Virus record (IMG/VR): IMGVR_UViG_3300017917_000400
Coordinates: 1 to 64,000 of that record
Direction: 5' to 3' (one strand)
DNA from: a virus
DNA length: 64,000 bases
The first letter of the stretch is position 1; the number at the start of each line of letters is the position of its first letter. A program made the translations under genes and the position numbers. Below are positions 28,601 through 38,604 of this stretch, piece after piece. The notes under the pieces are model-generated. The model saw only the letters and a list, made by a program, of their open reading frames with translations, did no database searches and was not told the DNA's origin.

Positions 28601-31600
28601 GATGTAGTAATATAGTTTGTTGTTGCTTGTGTAGCAGTGGCTGTCAATTCAATTAGTGTTGTACTAATTGTAAAGGTATCTGAGTCAATAACATCATTTA
28701 CATAATAGGTAGTTCCTACAGAAATACCGCCTAAACTAGTACCTACAAATGTTATAGGCATGTTTGGAATCATGCTAGTAGTTGTGGTACAGTCAATATA
28801 ATTATTGTATGAAGGAAAGCTCATAGTCAACGAACTTGGTGTGGCAGTTGTTAATGCTACTGCTGTTCCTGATGGCTCTGTGCTTATTGAAAATGTTGTG
28901 CCGTCAATAATTTCTTTGATATAATAGGTAAAGTTTGTTGTTATAGCGCCTGCTGGAGTACCCGAAAATTTAACGGTCATGTTTTGAGACAATTTTGCTG
29001 TAGATGATACTGTTATAAAATTGTTTACGCCTCCAGAAACTCCAATTATAGATAAAGTGTCTGTTCCTGTTTTTGTAATATTAGTAGTATAATATGTTGG
29101 TATAAATTGAAGTTTTTGATCAACATATAGTGTGTCCGTAGTACTAGTGCTTAATGTAAATCTATTAGTTGCGCTAGAAGTTGCGGAAATATTCAAAGGA
29201 GTAAACGATTCTTTTAATACGTAGGCAGTTTTACTAAATGCGGCATCATAGGCACTGATATAACCGTACTGGCCTGCGCCTGTACCACTTTGTAAAAATA
29301 CTCTCATTCCTGCATACTCAATTTCAGTTCCAACGTCAGACCCTGATAATATTACAGTATCGTCGTCGCCTCCCTGAGCATTGTTACTGACGATTAGATA
29401 ATTTCTTCCGCCAACACCGTTGCCTGTGTCGGTCATTCTTGTTTGAAAATTAGAGCCTGATCTAATTTCGTCGCCAATAACTTCTACGCCTGTTCCTGAT
29501 CCTGTAATATAAAAATCAGCATAAGCAGTATGACGATTATTCTTAGTATCTAAGTAAAAAGTAGAAGAACTACCAATTTGTAGTTGAGCTCCGTAAAATC
29601 TTGTTGAGCCGGTATTTCCTGTTAATCCTCTAGGATAAATTCTAGTCTGTAATGATGTATTAGTTGCATTATAGTCATTGGCTGTTAGGCTAATTCTATA
29701 CCAACCGTCACCTAAATCTAATTTGTCAGTTATAATATTTGCAGGACTGCTAGTTGCACCAACAACTGCTGTTGTAAATATCTCTGTATCAAAGTTAAAG
29801 TTAAGTCTTGCTGAACATGTACTACTTCCGCTAAAAATCATCATCATATCAAAACTTGAGCTGGTGCTCTTTTTAGCGTGAACGCTAAATGTATAGGTCT
29901 GTGCAGACCCAGTAGGCACTACTCCTGTTGGTGTAACTGTTAATATAGAACTACCTGCCAATGATGCTACTTCTAAGAAGCAGTCGTTTGTTCCGTCAAC
30001 ACCACCAAGTTCACTACCTAAAATTCTTAATTGATTTCCAACAACATAACCAGTTCCGCCATTGTTTACTAATGCACTGTAAGATGTTGCGCCAACAGTG
30101 ATATCAAACGTAGCATCGCTTCCTGAACCAGTGATGTTTAATGCTGACAATCCGGTGTAAGATGCACCAACTGACGGAATTGTATTGTCTTGATAAATGT
30201 AACTGCTATCTGTAGACGATGTTGTACCGTTAAATGTCCAACCTATACTTTGTCCGTTCGGTGCTTCTGTATTTTGTTGTACAGTGACATTACCGTCGGT
30301 GGTCCAGCCAGTTGTAAATGTATTACTATAAGTTAACAAGTTGGTTGTTGATTCTAAATAATCTGAACCAGCATTGTTATATTCCATTGATAGAATTTCT
30401 GCGGCTGTACCAAATGCGCTCTGTACATCGGCTTGTACCTGTGTTGATTGATTATCAATTACGCCTGTAATTGGAACTTCTGTAGAATCAAATCCTTCTG
30501 CAATAACACCATACACACCGTATGAGCTGTTACCATTAGTAGCACGAATTCTTCCACCGTCTTCAGCAAAGTATCCAGCATAGTTATAGTATCCAAACAC
30601 AGAAACACATTCTGTTAATGAATCTGGTCCTGTACACCATACACCAATACCGTCGCTTAATACCTGTGTAAAGTCGTTACACACAATAGATTTATTTCCA
30701 CCATTGTGTAATGTGCCGTCAATTTTTAATCCGGTACATCCTACACCAAAGTTAGTAACGTTTTGAATATATGGGCTACGTCTTAGAATCCAGCAACGTG
30801 TGTCGTCTGGTCCTTCGCCTGGATCTAAACTTACATAGGCTCCGCCAGTTGGTCTCTGAGTACCAAAACTATTCCTAGCACTTAGTGAACCAGCCAATCC
30901 TGTTAAGGTCATATTGCGGATACCTGTGGCGTTACGCACATAGAACATATCTTTTAGACAATCACCTGCATATACAGTTAGGTAACCAGTGCCCGCAGTT
31001 AATTGAAATACTGATCCGCCTACTGTTGTAGAAACTTTAATCTTTTTAGTATCTTGATCAATCGTTTTAATATAGTATGTTTGTCCTAGTGTCACACCAC
31101 CAAACTCGTCAACTGTGTTAGCGGCAGAAAATTGAATTGGCATGTCTTCTGCCATGTCTGCTACACTATAAACTGTAAATTCATCGGTCGCGTCGGATGC
31201 CACTGTGGCGAAAGTTACTATTCGTGTCTTAGGTTGTACCACTGTTCCACGCAATTCGTCACCATTTAGTGCAACGTTGTCAGGAACAACTATCGGTAAT
31301 TCTTCAGAATAGGTTCCTGTCTTAACCATAATGGTTGCTGTAATTCCCTGATTAGGAGAAGGTAGATTTGATTTATCAGCATTTGTTATTGCTGTAATTA
31401 ATAAATCCATTAAACTTTGTATTTCTGTATAAGCACCTGCTTCTGAAACATACGCAGGATCAAAATTTTGAGAAATCTGTTCTTCTACGGGAATTCCGTT
31501 GAGAGTTTGATAATTGCTCGGAGGTGCTGTTTTAGACAGTGCATATCCGATTAGTGTTTCAAGATATGTCAATGAAGCCGCAATATAATCCTGTGCGGCA

Positions 31601-33507
31601 TCTGTGCCTTCAGTTCTAAAAGTAGTATCACTGCCGTCAGCAAAATAGTATTCTGTTGCAAACACTATTCTACTATTGCTGCCGCGAGTAATGTCATATG
31701 ATAGAGCATCTATAATTATTTTTGCATCTCTTCTTGTTGAAAACTCATCAAAAACTGATGCTAATGTAAAAGGAGCATTTTCTTCTTGTACTTGATAAAG
31801 CATCCATTGGTACATTTCTTCAATTAACCATTCTTTGTTGCCCGTTAATAGTGCGTTGGCGTTTTGATAATAACTTCCGGCTGCGATTGTTTCACAGGCA
31901 TACTTAATAGTTTTCCAAGGTTTATCAATAGTATCGCCTCGAGCAATATCATCAACTCCGTCTGGCGCAACATAGTAAACATCAGGAACAACTTGTATTT
32001 TCCTCCACTGAGGTTCACCGTCTGTGCTACGTAACACTTCATCTTGATCACCAATAGGTATAGCAACGTTTTCAGTATTTGTTGTATCACGTGCTACAAT
32101 ATCACCTTGTGTATTACCGGCATTAAACCGATCGTGTAATACATGAACAGTCCAAAAATCATTATTTGTATCTAGATCCGGTCTAATAACTTCGCCTAGA
32201 CTGGTAAATGTTTTGATACAGCGATATGTAGCATTTTGCCAAATTACTAATTCTCCTACGCTGTATAATGTAGCAGACTGCCAAAAACTTCTCCATGCTG
32301 TTCCGGGAACTATCAAACTCCAATAGGTATAATTGACGCCAACAAAATTTAGTGGCTGAGCATCTGCAGGCGAACCGTCAGGTGCTTCGTTTAAAATAAC
32401 TGTAGTTGCGTTGGTCACGGAAACAACAGTCTGCCCTCGACTAAAACCGTTTCCAATTATAATCATGCCTGAAACAATACCAGTAGTAGAGTTTACTTTT
32501 AATGTAGTTCCACTGCTGCCTGTAGCAGTATATGTTTTTGTTAGAGAAACTGCTGAAGGATCTTGTCCTACACTGTCAGTTATCGCAACAAATAAATTGC
32601 CGCCCCTTCTTACTACATCGCCTACTTGATATGATCCGCCAGCCCAGTCACCGCTGACGCTGTATCCTTTGGTTACTAAACTCCATGCACTAGAACTATC
32701 AACTGAATTAGTAGATGGAATATTGTTTAAATTATTGTTTACTAGACTTATGTAAGAATAGCCGCCATAGATAACAACATCGCCTGCCTGATAAGTGGTT
32801 GTTTCGCTCCAACCATTTTCATATTGTTGTCCTGGTAACCATACATTAAATTTAGGATCATCAAATGTAGAAGTAGAAGTATGCCCTAAGATACATACTT
32901 GAATATCTGGGCCAATTCTTACAAGATCGTTTAATTTATATCGTAGCCCAGATGTCCAAGTGCCTTTATATTCATAACCGTTGTGTACTATTTCCCACTT
33001 GGCTTGATCTGATTCTAAGCCTAATGCGGTTGTAGATGCTGATACGTGATTTTCAATACAGCGATAAACAATACCACCGTATTTTACAATATCTCCTAGA
33101 CCATAAACAGTTGATGTAGACCATCCACTATTCCAGTTATCAAACTGGCTATATGTTGTCCACTTGCTTAGATCAATCTGTGTTAACCCGCTGGTATGTT
33201 CGTCTATACAAACATATACTGCACCACCATATCTAACAATATTTCCTAAGGAATAAAATGTACTAGGTGTCCAATCTTCTTTCCATTGCACACCGTCAAG
33301 CATTAACTCCCAGCGAGGCTGTGAAGCCAATTCTGGAGTTATGTAATTTAAATCACTGTAAAAATTGGCCTGCGATGTATGGGGTTCTTTACAAACATAA
33401 CATTTTCCGTTATATTGAACGATAGCATCTCTATTATAAAAAATACCATCGGCCCATTCGCCCTTCCATGTAAATCGCAATCTACCAATCTTAAATTCTG
33501 AAGCCAT
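25636..33507 (-). CDS. Giant virion fibre/appendage protein (2623 aa), paralogue of 16124-25588
   Basis: Shares the EFK.GR.R..W N-terminus, seven CBM-like repeats, GGRIRATNGNSSYGVYGVIAEG and the C-terminal RLTGHD...GRVF.TSTDQDGNF. Confidence 0.75.
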   Translation of the reverse strand: MASEFKIGRLRFTWKGEWADGIFYNRDAIVQYNGKCYVCKEPHTSQANFYSDLNYITPELASQPRWELMLDGVQWKEDWTPSTFYSLGNIVRYGGAVYVCIDEHTSGLTQIDLSKWTTYSQFDNWNSGWSTSTVYGLGDIVKYGGIVYRCIENHVSASTTALGLESDQAKWEIVHNGYEYKGTWTSGLRYKLNDLVRIGPDIQVCILGHTSTSTFDDPKFNVWLPGQQYENGWSETTTYQAGDVVIYGGYSYISLVNNNLNNIPSTNSVDSSSAWSLVTKGYSVSGDWAGGSYQVGDVVRRGGNLFVAITDSVGQDPSAVSLTKTYTATGSSGTTLKVNSTTGIVSGMIIIGNGFSRGQTVVSVTNATTVILNEAPDGSPADAQPLNFVGVNYTYWSLIVPGTAWRSFWQSATLYSVGELVIWQNATYRCIKTFTSLGEVIRPDLDTNNDFWTVHVLHDRFNAGNTQGDIVARDTTNTENVAIPIGDQDEVLRSTDGEPQWRKIQVVPDVYYVAPDGVDDIARGDTIDKPWKTIKYACETIAAGSYYQNANALLTGNKEWLIEEMYQWMLYQVQEENAPFTLASVFDEFSTRRDAKIIIDALSYDITRGSNSRIVFATEYYFADGSDTTFRTEGTDAAQDYIAASLTYLETLIGYALSKTAPPSNYQTLNGIPVEEQISQNFDPAYVSEAGAYTEIQSLMDLLITAITNADKSNLPSPNQGITATIMVKTGTYSEELPIVVPDNVALNGDELRGTVVQPKTRIVTFATVASDATDEFTVYSVADMAEDMPIQFSAANTVDEFGGVTLGQTYYIKTIDQDTKKIKVSTTVGGSVFQLTAGTGYLTVYAGDCLKDMFYVRNATGIRNMTLTGLAGSLSARNSFGTQRPTGGAYVSLDPGEGPDDTRCWILRRSPYIQNVTNFGVGCTGLKIDGTLHNGGNKSIVCNDFTQVLSDGIGVWCTGPDSLTECVSVFGYYNYAGYFAEDGGRIRATNGNSSYGVYGVIAEGFDSTEVPITGVIDNQSTQVQADVQSAFGTAAEILSMEYNNAGSDYLESTTNLLTYSNTFTTGWTTDGNVTVQQNTEAPNGQSIGWTFNGTTSSTDSSYIYQDNTIPSVGASYTGLSALNITGSGSDATFDITVGATSYSALVNNGGTGYVVGNQLRILGSELGGVDGTNDCFLEVASLAGSSILTVTPTGVVPTGSAQTYTFSVHAKKSTSSSFDMMMIFSGSSTCSARLNFNFDTEIFTTAVVGATSSPANIITDKLDLGDGWYRISLTANDYNATNTSLQTRIYPRGLTGNTGSTRFYGAQLQIGSSSTFYLDTKNNRHTAYADFYITGSGTGVEVIGDEIRSGSNFQTRMTDTGNGVGGRNYLIVSNNAQGGDDDTVILSGSDVGTEIEYAGMRVFLQSGTGAGQYGYISAYDAAFSKTAYVLKESFTPLNISATSSATNRFTLSTSTTDTLYVDQKLQFIPTYYTTNITKTGTDTLSIIGVSGGVNNFITVSSTAKLSQNMTVKFSGTPAGAITTNFTYYIKEIIDGTTFSISTEPSGTAVALTTATPSSLTMSFPSYNNYIDCTTTTSMIPNMPITFVGTSLGGISVGTTYYVNDVIDSDTFTISTTLIELTATATQATTNYITTSSTTNLVPLNPVLFGGTTIGGLSANTKYYINKIINSSQFTVTTSIIEVTATITEAVSNLITVSSTTGFIVNNPVQFVGNTFGGLVNGTTYYILAINDETTFTVSTSPGGSALTLSTASGEIKARTTSTPVTLTTASGSMSITSTNVKSTLTFGQGSMVATYKTKLFGGISSGTTYYVKSIPSSTTFTVSASLGGATTSLTTDSGGMQVGAVGWDHINPGTQPANPLDNSTVYYVEPRVQYTSPSVTEASSTLPTLGVSSEWQAIAYGNNTYIAIPDSFSTGARSTNNGTTWSALTLPLNTSWTDIAYGNNYWVVVANDTPIGTGSTFAYSNSNGAGWRTGQLPSKTDWTKVAYGNGKFVTVSSTASAYSSNFGKTWSSGTGLPTYRWTGLAYGSGRFVAISNGKTFSALGATNITATGSSATFNVTITGTTYTATVAAGGTGYSAGQTLKILGTSLGGATPANDVTLTISQISSITPGAIETVTATGTANAVTVAYSTDGINWSSSSLPSSQDWSDVAFGNGLFVAVANESAKNAYSRDGINWYQAKINIGPAAKISYGQGVFIALDATSGTAWTTEDGHQWKPISVGNYGYSAVEFGYDSDGVGKFLTASGQAVGSVISAGCTTKGRAVISSGRISSISLWEPGSGYSSAPTTSFFDPNNTLEATTLNRISNGTLANPSFVNRGQDYNTNSTVVIISGGGYADIFQVGLSITVKNLSSLPGPGDNLVIDGNDTIYKVTSAEAIFGSVAPNIQANITISPEMTTALSPDHETDLIIRQKYSQARLTGHDFLSIGYGNIEQTNYPDVPEDTVLSPQDQAVEVNFGRVFYTSTDQDGNFRVGGLFAVEQATGIVTLSASQFGLSGLETLSLGGIAVGTASVVIRSFSTDQSFVANSNEIVPTQRAIKAYLSNRLSQGGSNTFTGQLIAGTVLVGGANKISSTIPEGQEGAVVNMPNIVRVQGQFGGWDGDGAAYLQFVKSGRIPGSRTSI

Positions 33508-33543
33508 TTTATTTTCCTTATTCCTAGATTATCTCTATACTTA

Positions 33544-33912
33544 TCAGGTTACAATCTGTGTAGGATCGTAAACATATTCTTTGTTAATGCGAACTACAAA
33601 TTCGCCTTGGTCGTTGATATAATAGAACACGCTTCTGTTATCCCAGCGATATTGATCCCACTGTAAATTACTAAAAGGACGACTATGATCTTCTTCTAAG
33701 CGTCCATCAAAAAAATCAACACCATATTCAAATTCTGTATAATCGTTTTCTGTTAAACCTGGATTATTAATTGTGATAGAGTCGTCTGCATCTTTTAATT
33801 GATCAATTTTGACGAAATACAATAATCCGTCGTCTGTGCGTCTGATAGCATAGAAATATCGAGTGTTTGAATCACCAGTGTCTGATGGTTGTGTTCCAAT
33901 ATAATAAGACAT
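33544..33912 (-). CDS. Hypothetical virion-cluster protein
   Basis: 122-aa ORF, co-oriented and tightly packed within the fibre block. Confidence 0.6.
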   Translation of the reverse strand: MSYYIGTQPSDTGDSNTRYFYAIRRTDDGLLYFVKIDQLKDADDSITINNPGLTENDYTEFEYGVDFFDGRLEEDHSRPFSNLQWDQYRWDNRSVFYYINDQGEFVVRINKEYVYDPTQIVT

Positions 33913-33924
33913 TTATTTTTCTCC

Positions 33925-34254
33925 TTATGCTATTTCAACGTAACTTAATACTAGATCTAGCGAATCGTCTTGACTGCAAAATACGTGTAATGAATTTTCT
34001 GGCGCAAGTATTAATTTTTCTCCGCCGTTAACTACACGTAAACTTGAATTTGGTGCAATAATTACATCTTTAATGAAGTAACCAACTGTACTAGCGTCAT
34101 CTGTGATAGTTACACTGGCTAATATATTACTGGCTGTTAAATTTGCTAGGCTTAAGCCAATTACTGTTGCACGAGTTGATGCAGTTGTTTCTAATATTTG
34201 AATAGGTGTTGTTCCTACTTCAGTTACTACTTTGTTCTTAAAAAAGTTTGCCAT
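33925..34254 (-). CDS. Small beta-rich virion protein (110-aa family, copy 2)
   Basis: MANFFKNK...TVIGLSLAN...IAPNSSL...GEKLIL...LDLVLSYVEI. Confidence 0.6.
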   Translation of the reverse strand: MANFFKNKVVTEVGTTPIQILETTASTRATVIGLSLANLTASNILASVTITDDASTVGYFIKDVIIAPNSSLRVVNGGEKLILAPENSLHVFCSQDDSLDLVLSYVEIA

Positions 34255-34260
34255 TTATTC

Positions 34261-37200
34261 TTATCCTAATATTAATGCAAATGTAATTGCAATATCTTCT
34301 GCGGTAGTTGCATTAATGCCACCGCCGGCACCTGCGGCTGAATCCCAAGTTGTACCATTAAACACTTCTAATTGTTTTAATTCTGAATTATAACGAGTCA
34401 TACCAACAACAGCATAGGCAGTAGGACGTTCTGAACTAACTCCAGTAGGAACTACAAATCCGTTAGTACCGGCAATTTTAAAGTAACCAATTCCGGTTTG
34501 TGTAATCTGTGTTACTGCACCTGATACTGTGTTAGTAATGGTATTATCTTTTATTGCAAAGTTTGCTAATTTGATGCTACCTGTACCAGTAGCATTAAAA
34601 ATAATATCTGTGTTTGTTGTACTGCTGATTGTATTGCCATCTATGATAATGTTATCAACTTCAACTCTAGGAACTTGTAATCTAGCACTAGTCAAATCTG
34701 CTGTTAAAACATTATTATTATAAAATCTAATCGTGTCATCGTTAGCGCCCGGTGTTAGCTCTGCGGTAATTCTTGTGGTGTCATCTAAGTCACCAACTCC
34801 ACTTAACTTGATCCAGTTAACACCGTCATAGCCCTCATAGCGGCCAATTTGACTGTTAAAACGAATCATACCAGACTGTGCTGTAGGACGCTCTGCGGTA
34901 TTACCCACAGGAATTATTAAACTTTGGTTAGAGTTGATACTTACTAGTTTATTTGTACCAGGTTGAATTACAATATCGCTGGCGGAATTACTGCTGATAA
35001 CGTTAGCATCAACATTAAATTCTTCTAAAACAATGTATCCAGTGCCGTTGGCACGTAATTCTAAATTACTATTTGAATTAGTTGTTGTGATATAATTGTC
35101 TTTGATAAAAATATCACCGTTGGAAAATTCTTCTGCGGTAATTCTATTGCTGGCTGTTAGATTTGCTGAACTAATGTCACCCGTAACAGACAAATTCTGT
35201 CCCATAGAAACATTATTATAAGGCATTGTGATAATACCTGTGCCTGCGGCACTTAGTTCTAAATTACTGTTTGATAATGTTGTGTATAATCTATTTCCAG
35301 CAATTTTAATATCTTGAAATTGGGCATCGCTGCCAACTGTTAATGTTCCTGTAACAGAATAATTACCCGTTTGTGTTACATCTCCAGTTTGAATTAAATT
35401 ACCAGTATAGGTAACTGTACCTGTAATATTTGTATTACCTAGCGTGGAAGTTCCAAGAACTGTTAAATCATTGTCTATTTGAACATTGTCGTTGGGGACA
35501 TAAATTCTACCAGTTCCATTAGCACGTAATTCTAAGTCTGCATTTGAATCTACAGTCTTAATAACATTGCCATCGATGTTAATGCTGTCAATGTGTAAGT
35601 TGCCGGTGTAGACATTTGCCCATTGTAGACCGTTTGTTCCTAGTGTATAGGTTTCTGTTACACCCGGAGTAATGTTACTAGTAATGCCTGCAACAATATT
35701 AATTGTGTCAGTAGGCTGATTACCGAGTGTAATATTACCACCAATATTAACATTACCAACAACATCAAGATTACCTGCGATGTTTACGTTATTTTGTAAA
35801 TTAATTTCGTCACTGGCAGAAACTATGTTTAGGTCACCGGTAATGCTTTCAACAGTGTTTCCACTGATTTTAATATTTCCAGTGTCAATTTCTGTACCAT
35901 CAATATAGGTAGTATTAACACCATCAGTAAATGTTACCCCTGTTAATGAACTAATATTAAAACTTGTAGTAGTAAACTCTACAGTTCCTGCGGCTTGATT
36001 AACATAGAATAAATCACCAACACGGAAGTCGCCCTTATGGTCTACTGAACTATAATAAATCTTAGCATCATTAAGTTCAACAATTTCGTTGGCTTGTACG
36101 ACATAAGAAGGATCATTATCTACACGCTTACCTGTACCAATATAGGCTAAGTTTTGTCCAATTAGATAAGCAATTACTCCTAGTCCGTCGCCATAGAATC
36201 CATAGTTACCGTAAACACAGGCACTACCAATACTACGAACTTCTGTACCAAAGTCGCTGTGGTCAACTAGAGTAATTGCAGTAGCAGTGCCGCCTGCATT
36301 TGTTCTAATATCTTGTTCTAATAATGTTTCATCAACAAATGTTGTAGAATTGTTTGCACCGTCAAATCTTAAAAGTAATACAGTACTGCTTAAATTAGGA
36401 ACAACAGATGTTGGTGCTGAAAAAGATACGGTATAGAGTCCAGTTCCTTTAGTAACTCTAAAGTCATCAATGTATCCATTCCATCCTGTGCTACCGCTCC
36501 AGGATGCTCCTATGTTCAGAGGTTTTGTAGTTCCATAATTATTAGAATCAGAATAGGTGTTTGTTGAAACCGTTCCGTTGATAAAGAATCTTGTTACGCC
36601 GCCGGATTTAGAAATAGCAACATGAGTCCATGCTCCTGTAGGAACAATATTACTACTAGTTAAAACATAACCGCCATTAACAAATAATCTTAAATTGCCT
36701 GCGGCACTAGATTCTACATACAAACTAAATTGTGCAGTACCAGAAGTTCTTTGATCAAATAATATCATTTGACTGGCTGAGTTTTTATAAACCCAACCTT
36801 CTATAGTAAAGTCCCCTGTTCCAAAACCAAAATCTATATTACTTGCTATTGATGCGTAATCGCCTGTGCCGTCTAATATAAGACTTGCTGTGCCAAATTT
36901 TTTCTGTGCTGTAGATAACTTAGCGTTTCCTACGGCTGTGATTGTTTTGCCGCCGCGTTCAAATTGTGTTTCTAATCCAGAAACTTTACCTGTTAAGTAA
37001 ATTTTTCCGTCTGTGTCAATTTTACTAATTGTACCAGATGCTAGTACTGTAGGATATATTGAGTAATATGTTAATGTATTACCAACATTAAATGTTCCTG
37101 TTTGTCCGCTTAGTCTTAATTCTGTCTTGCCTGCGCCAGCAAACCCTGTGCTACCGCTAACTGCATTAAAACCTTTGTTGGCAAAATATGTAAATGAATT

Positions 37201-38454
37201 TAACCACTCGATGCGTGTACCGTTAGTGGTTACAATCGCATCAACACCCGGTGTGATAAATGTCGCACTGTGGAATAATACACTGGCTTCTTTTGACAGC
37301 ACATTAGCAACACTGCCATCTAAGTATGCTCCACGACCTGCATCGCCAGCATCAAAACCTCTAGGATCTGATACGCTAGTTACAGAGCCGGCAGTAATAA
37401 CAGTGATGTTTCTAACATAAGGACTACGACTAGTTACTGTAAATCCTGGAGCAAATTTAAAAGCATATCCCGGACTGTAAAAGTCTGCAATAGTTAAATC
37501 TTCTACAGTACATTCACCATTTAGTAATATAGCGTCTTGAGTATTAGTTCCTGCTGTTGGTGTAATTTTTACACTGCGTAGACCATAACCTTTAACTGTA
37601 ACGCCTGTAGGCACAGTTAAAGGAAATATTTCTTGATAATCTCCTGGATAGATATAAACAGTATCTCCGCTAGTTGCTTGACTTAGCGCATATTTGATAG
37701 TTAAATATGGATCATTTTGATGTGTACCGCTGTAACTATCACTACCGTTTGTAGCAACATAAAGTATATTGCCTTGTCTTAGATTTAAATTAATTAAATC
37801 AACTACTAGATCGCCGGTGTCAATAACATCTGCGTATAGAGTATTTGTCCATACATCTGCCCAACGCTTTCCGCTTTCACCTAAAGTATACGTGTCATCT
37901 TGATCTGGTACAATATTGCTGACAACTTCTCCGGTAAATGTAATATTATCTGTATTTGCATTACCTAATTGTATGTTGCCGTCCGCAGTAATATTGCCAG
38001 TTGCGTGTATATTACCATTGACAGTTACGTTTGAAAATACTTCAACAGAGCCTGTACCGTTAGGACGCAGTTCTAAGTCTGTATTAGTAGTATGTGTGCG
38101 TATGATGTTGTTTTCTATTTCAACATCATCTACACGTAATTTTTGTTGATAAACAACAGGACTCGATCCTGCTGGAATTAATGAAAGTACATCTTCATTA
38201 GTTGATATAGTTGTGCCGGAAATACTTACATCGGCAATTTCTGCTAGTGTATCTACTAATAGTGATGTTGTTCTTGTTGTGCCGTTAACAGTGAGTGTAT
38301 GAGACGGGGTTGTGGTCTTAATACCAATCTTATGATTAGCGGAGTTTGGATCTGTAACATTTAAGTATATAAGGTCAGTCTCAAATGCTAGATCCACACC
38401 TTGGCGTAGAAGGTTAGCCTTTAAGAGCGGACCGGAAATTCGACCAACGGCCAT
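34261..38454 (-). CDS. Fibre protein (1397 aa) with beta-helix and LamG/ConA-like lectin domain
   Basis: GRISGPLLKANL.R.GVDLAFET start, YVATNGSD beta-helix cap, FGTGDFTIEGWVY...WTHVAI...GYIDDFRVTKG (LamG), repeated NxxLELxxxGTG. Confidence 0.75.
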   Translation of the reverse strand: MAVGRISGPLLKANLLRQGVDLAFETDLIYLNVTDPNSANHKIGIKTTTPSHTLTVNGTTRTTSLLVDTLAEIADVSISGTTISTNEDVLSLIPAGSSPVVYQQKLRVDDVEIENNIIRTHTTNTDLELRPNGTGSVEVFSNVTVNGNIHATGNITADGNIQLGNANTDNITFTGEVVSNIVPDQDDTYTLGESGKRWADVWTNTLYADVIDTGDLVVDLINLNLRQGNILYVATNGSDSYSGTHQNDPYLTIKYALSQATSGDTVYIYPGDYQEIFPLTVPTGVTVKGYGLRSVKITPTAGTNTQDAILLNGECTVEDLTIADFYSPGYAFKFAPGFTVTSRSPYVRNITVITAGSVTSVSDPRGFDAGDAGRGAYLDGSVANVLSKEASVLFHSATFITPGVDAIVTTNGTRIEWLNSFTYFANKGFNAVSGSTGFAGAGKTELRLSGQTGTFNVGNTLTYYSIYPTVLASGTISKIDTDGKIYLTGKVSGLETQFERGGKTITAVGNAKLSTAQKKFGTASLILDGTGDYASIASNIDFGFGTGDFTIEGWVYKNSASQMILFDQRTSGTAQFSLYVESSAAGNLRLFVNGGYVLTSSNIVPTGAWTHVAISKSGGVTRFFINGTVSTNTYSDSNNYGTTKPLNIGASWSGSTGWNGYIDDFRVTKGTGLYTVSFSAPTSVVPNLSSTVLLLRFDGANNSTTFVDETLLEQDIRTNAGGTATAITLVDHSDFGTEVRSIGSACVYGNYGFYGDGLGVIAYLIGQNLAYIGTGKRVDNDPSYVVQANEIVELNDAKIYYSSVDHKGDFRVGDLFYVNQAAGTVEFTTTSFNISSLTGVTFTDGVNTTYIDGTEIDTGNIKISGNTVESITGDLNIVSASDEINLQNNVNIAGNLDVVGNVNIGGNITLGNQPTDTINIVAGITSNITPGVTETYTLGTNGLQWANVYTGNLHIDSINIDGNVIKTVDSNADLELRANGTGRIYVPNDNVQIDNDLTVLGTSTLGNTNITGTVTYTGNLIQTGDVTQTGNYSVTGTLTVGSDAQFQDIKIAGNRLYTTLSNSNLELSAAGTGIITMPYNNVSMGQNLSVTGDISSANLTASNRITAEEFSNGDIFIKDNYITTTNSNSNLELRANGTGYIVLEEFNVDANVISSNSASDIVIQPGTNKLVSINSNQSLIIPVGNTAERPTAQSGMIRFNSQIGRYEGYDGVNWIKLSGVGDLDDTTRITAELTPGANDDTIRFYNNNVLTADLTSARLQVPRVEVDNIIIDGNTISSTTNTDIIFNATGTGSIKLANFAIKDNTITNTVSGAVTQITQTGIGYFKIAGTNGFVVPTGVSSERPTAYAVVGMTRYNSELKQLEVFNGTTWDSAAGAGGGINATTAEDIAITFALILG

Positions 38455-38585
38455 ATATCACTCCTGATAACCCCGTGTTTCACGGTTAACCAATTTTGGA
38501 TTTCTCCGCAGCCGTTTTTACGGCTCTTTGCTGGTTTACCACAGTTTAACCATACAAGGAATTGGTCATCCCTTGTAATCATTAG
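38455..38585 (-). promoter_or_regulatory. Structured 5' leader (candidate cis-regulatory RNA) downstream of a CTAAATA promoter at 38586-38592
   Basis: Hairpins TACAAGG/CCTTGTA, TGGTT/AACCA, AGCCGT-AAAA-ACGGCT, GGA-GAAA-TCC and CCGTG-AAA-CACGG precede the AGGAG Shine-Dalgarno. Confidence 0.55.
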
Positions 38586-38604
38586 TATTTAGCCGTTTGG
38601 ATTT

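Noticed and set aside
38461-38545. c-di-GMP-I riboswitch (GGTAAACC...GCAAAG...GGGGTTA resemblance)
   Set aside because: Helix order and the tetraloop/receptor layout do not match the consensus; kept only as an unassigned leader.
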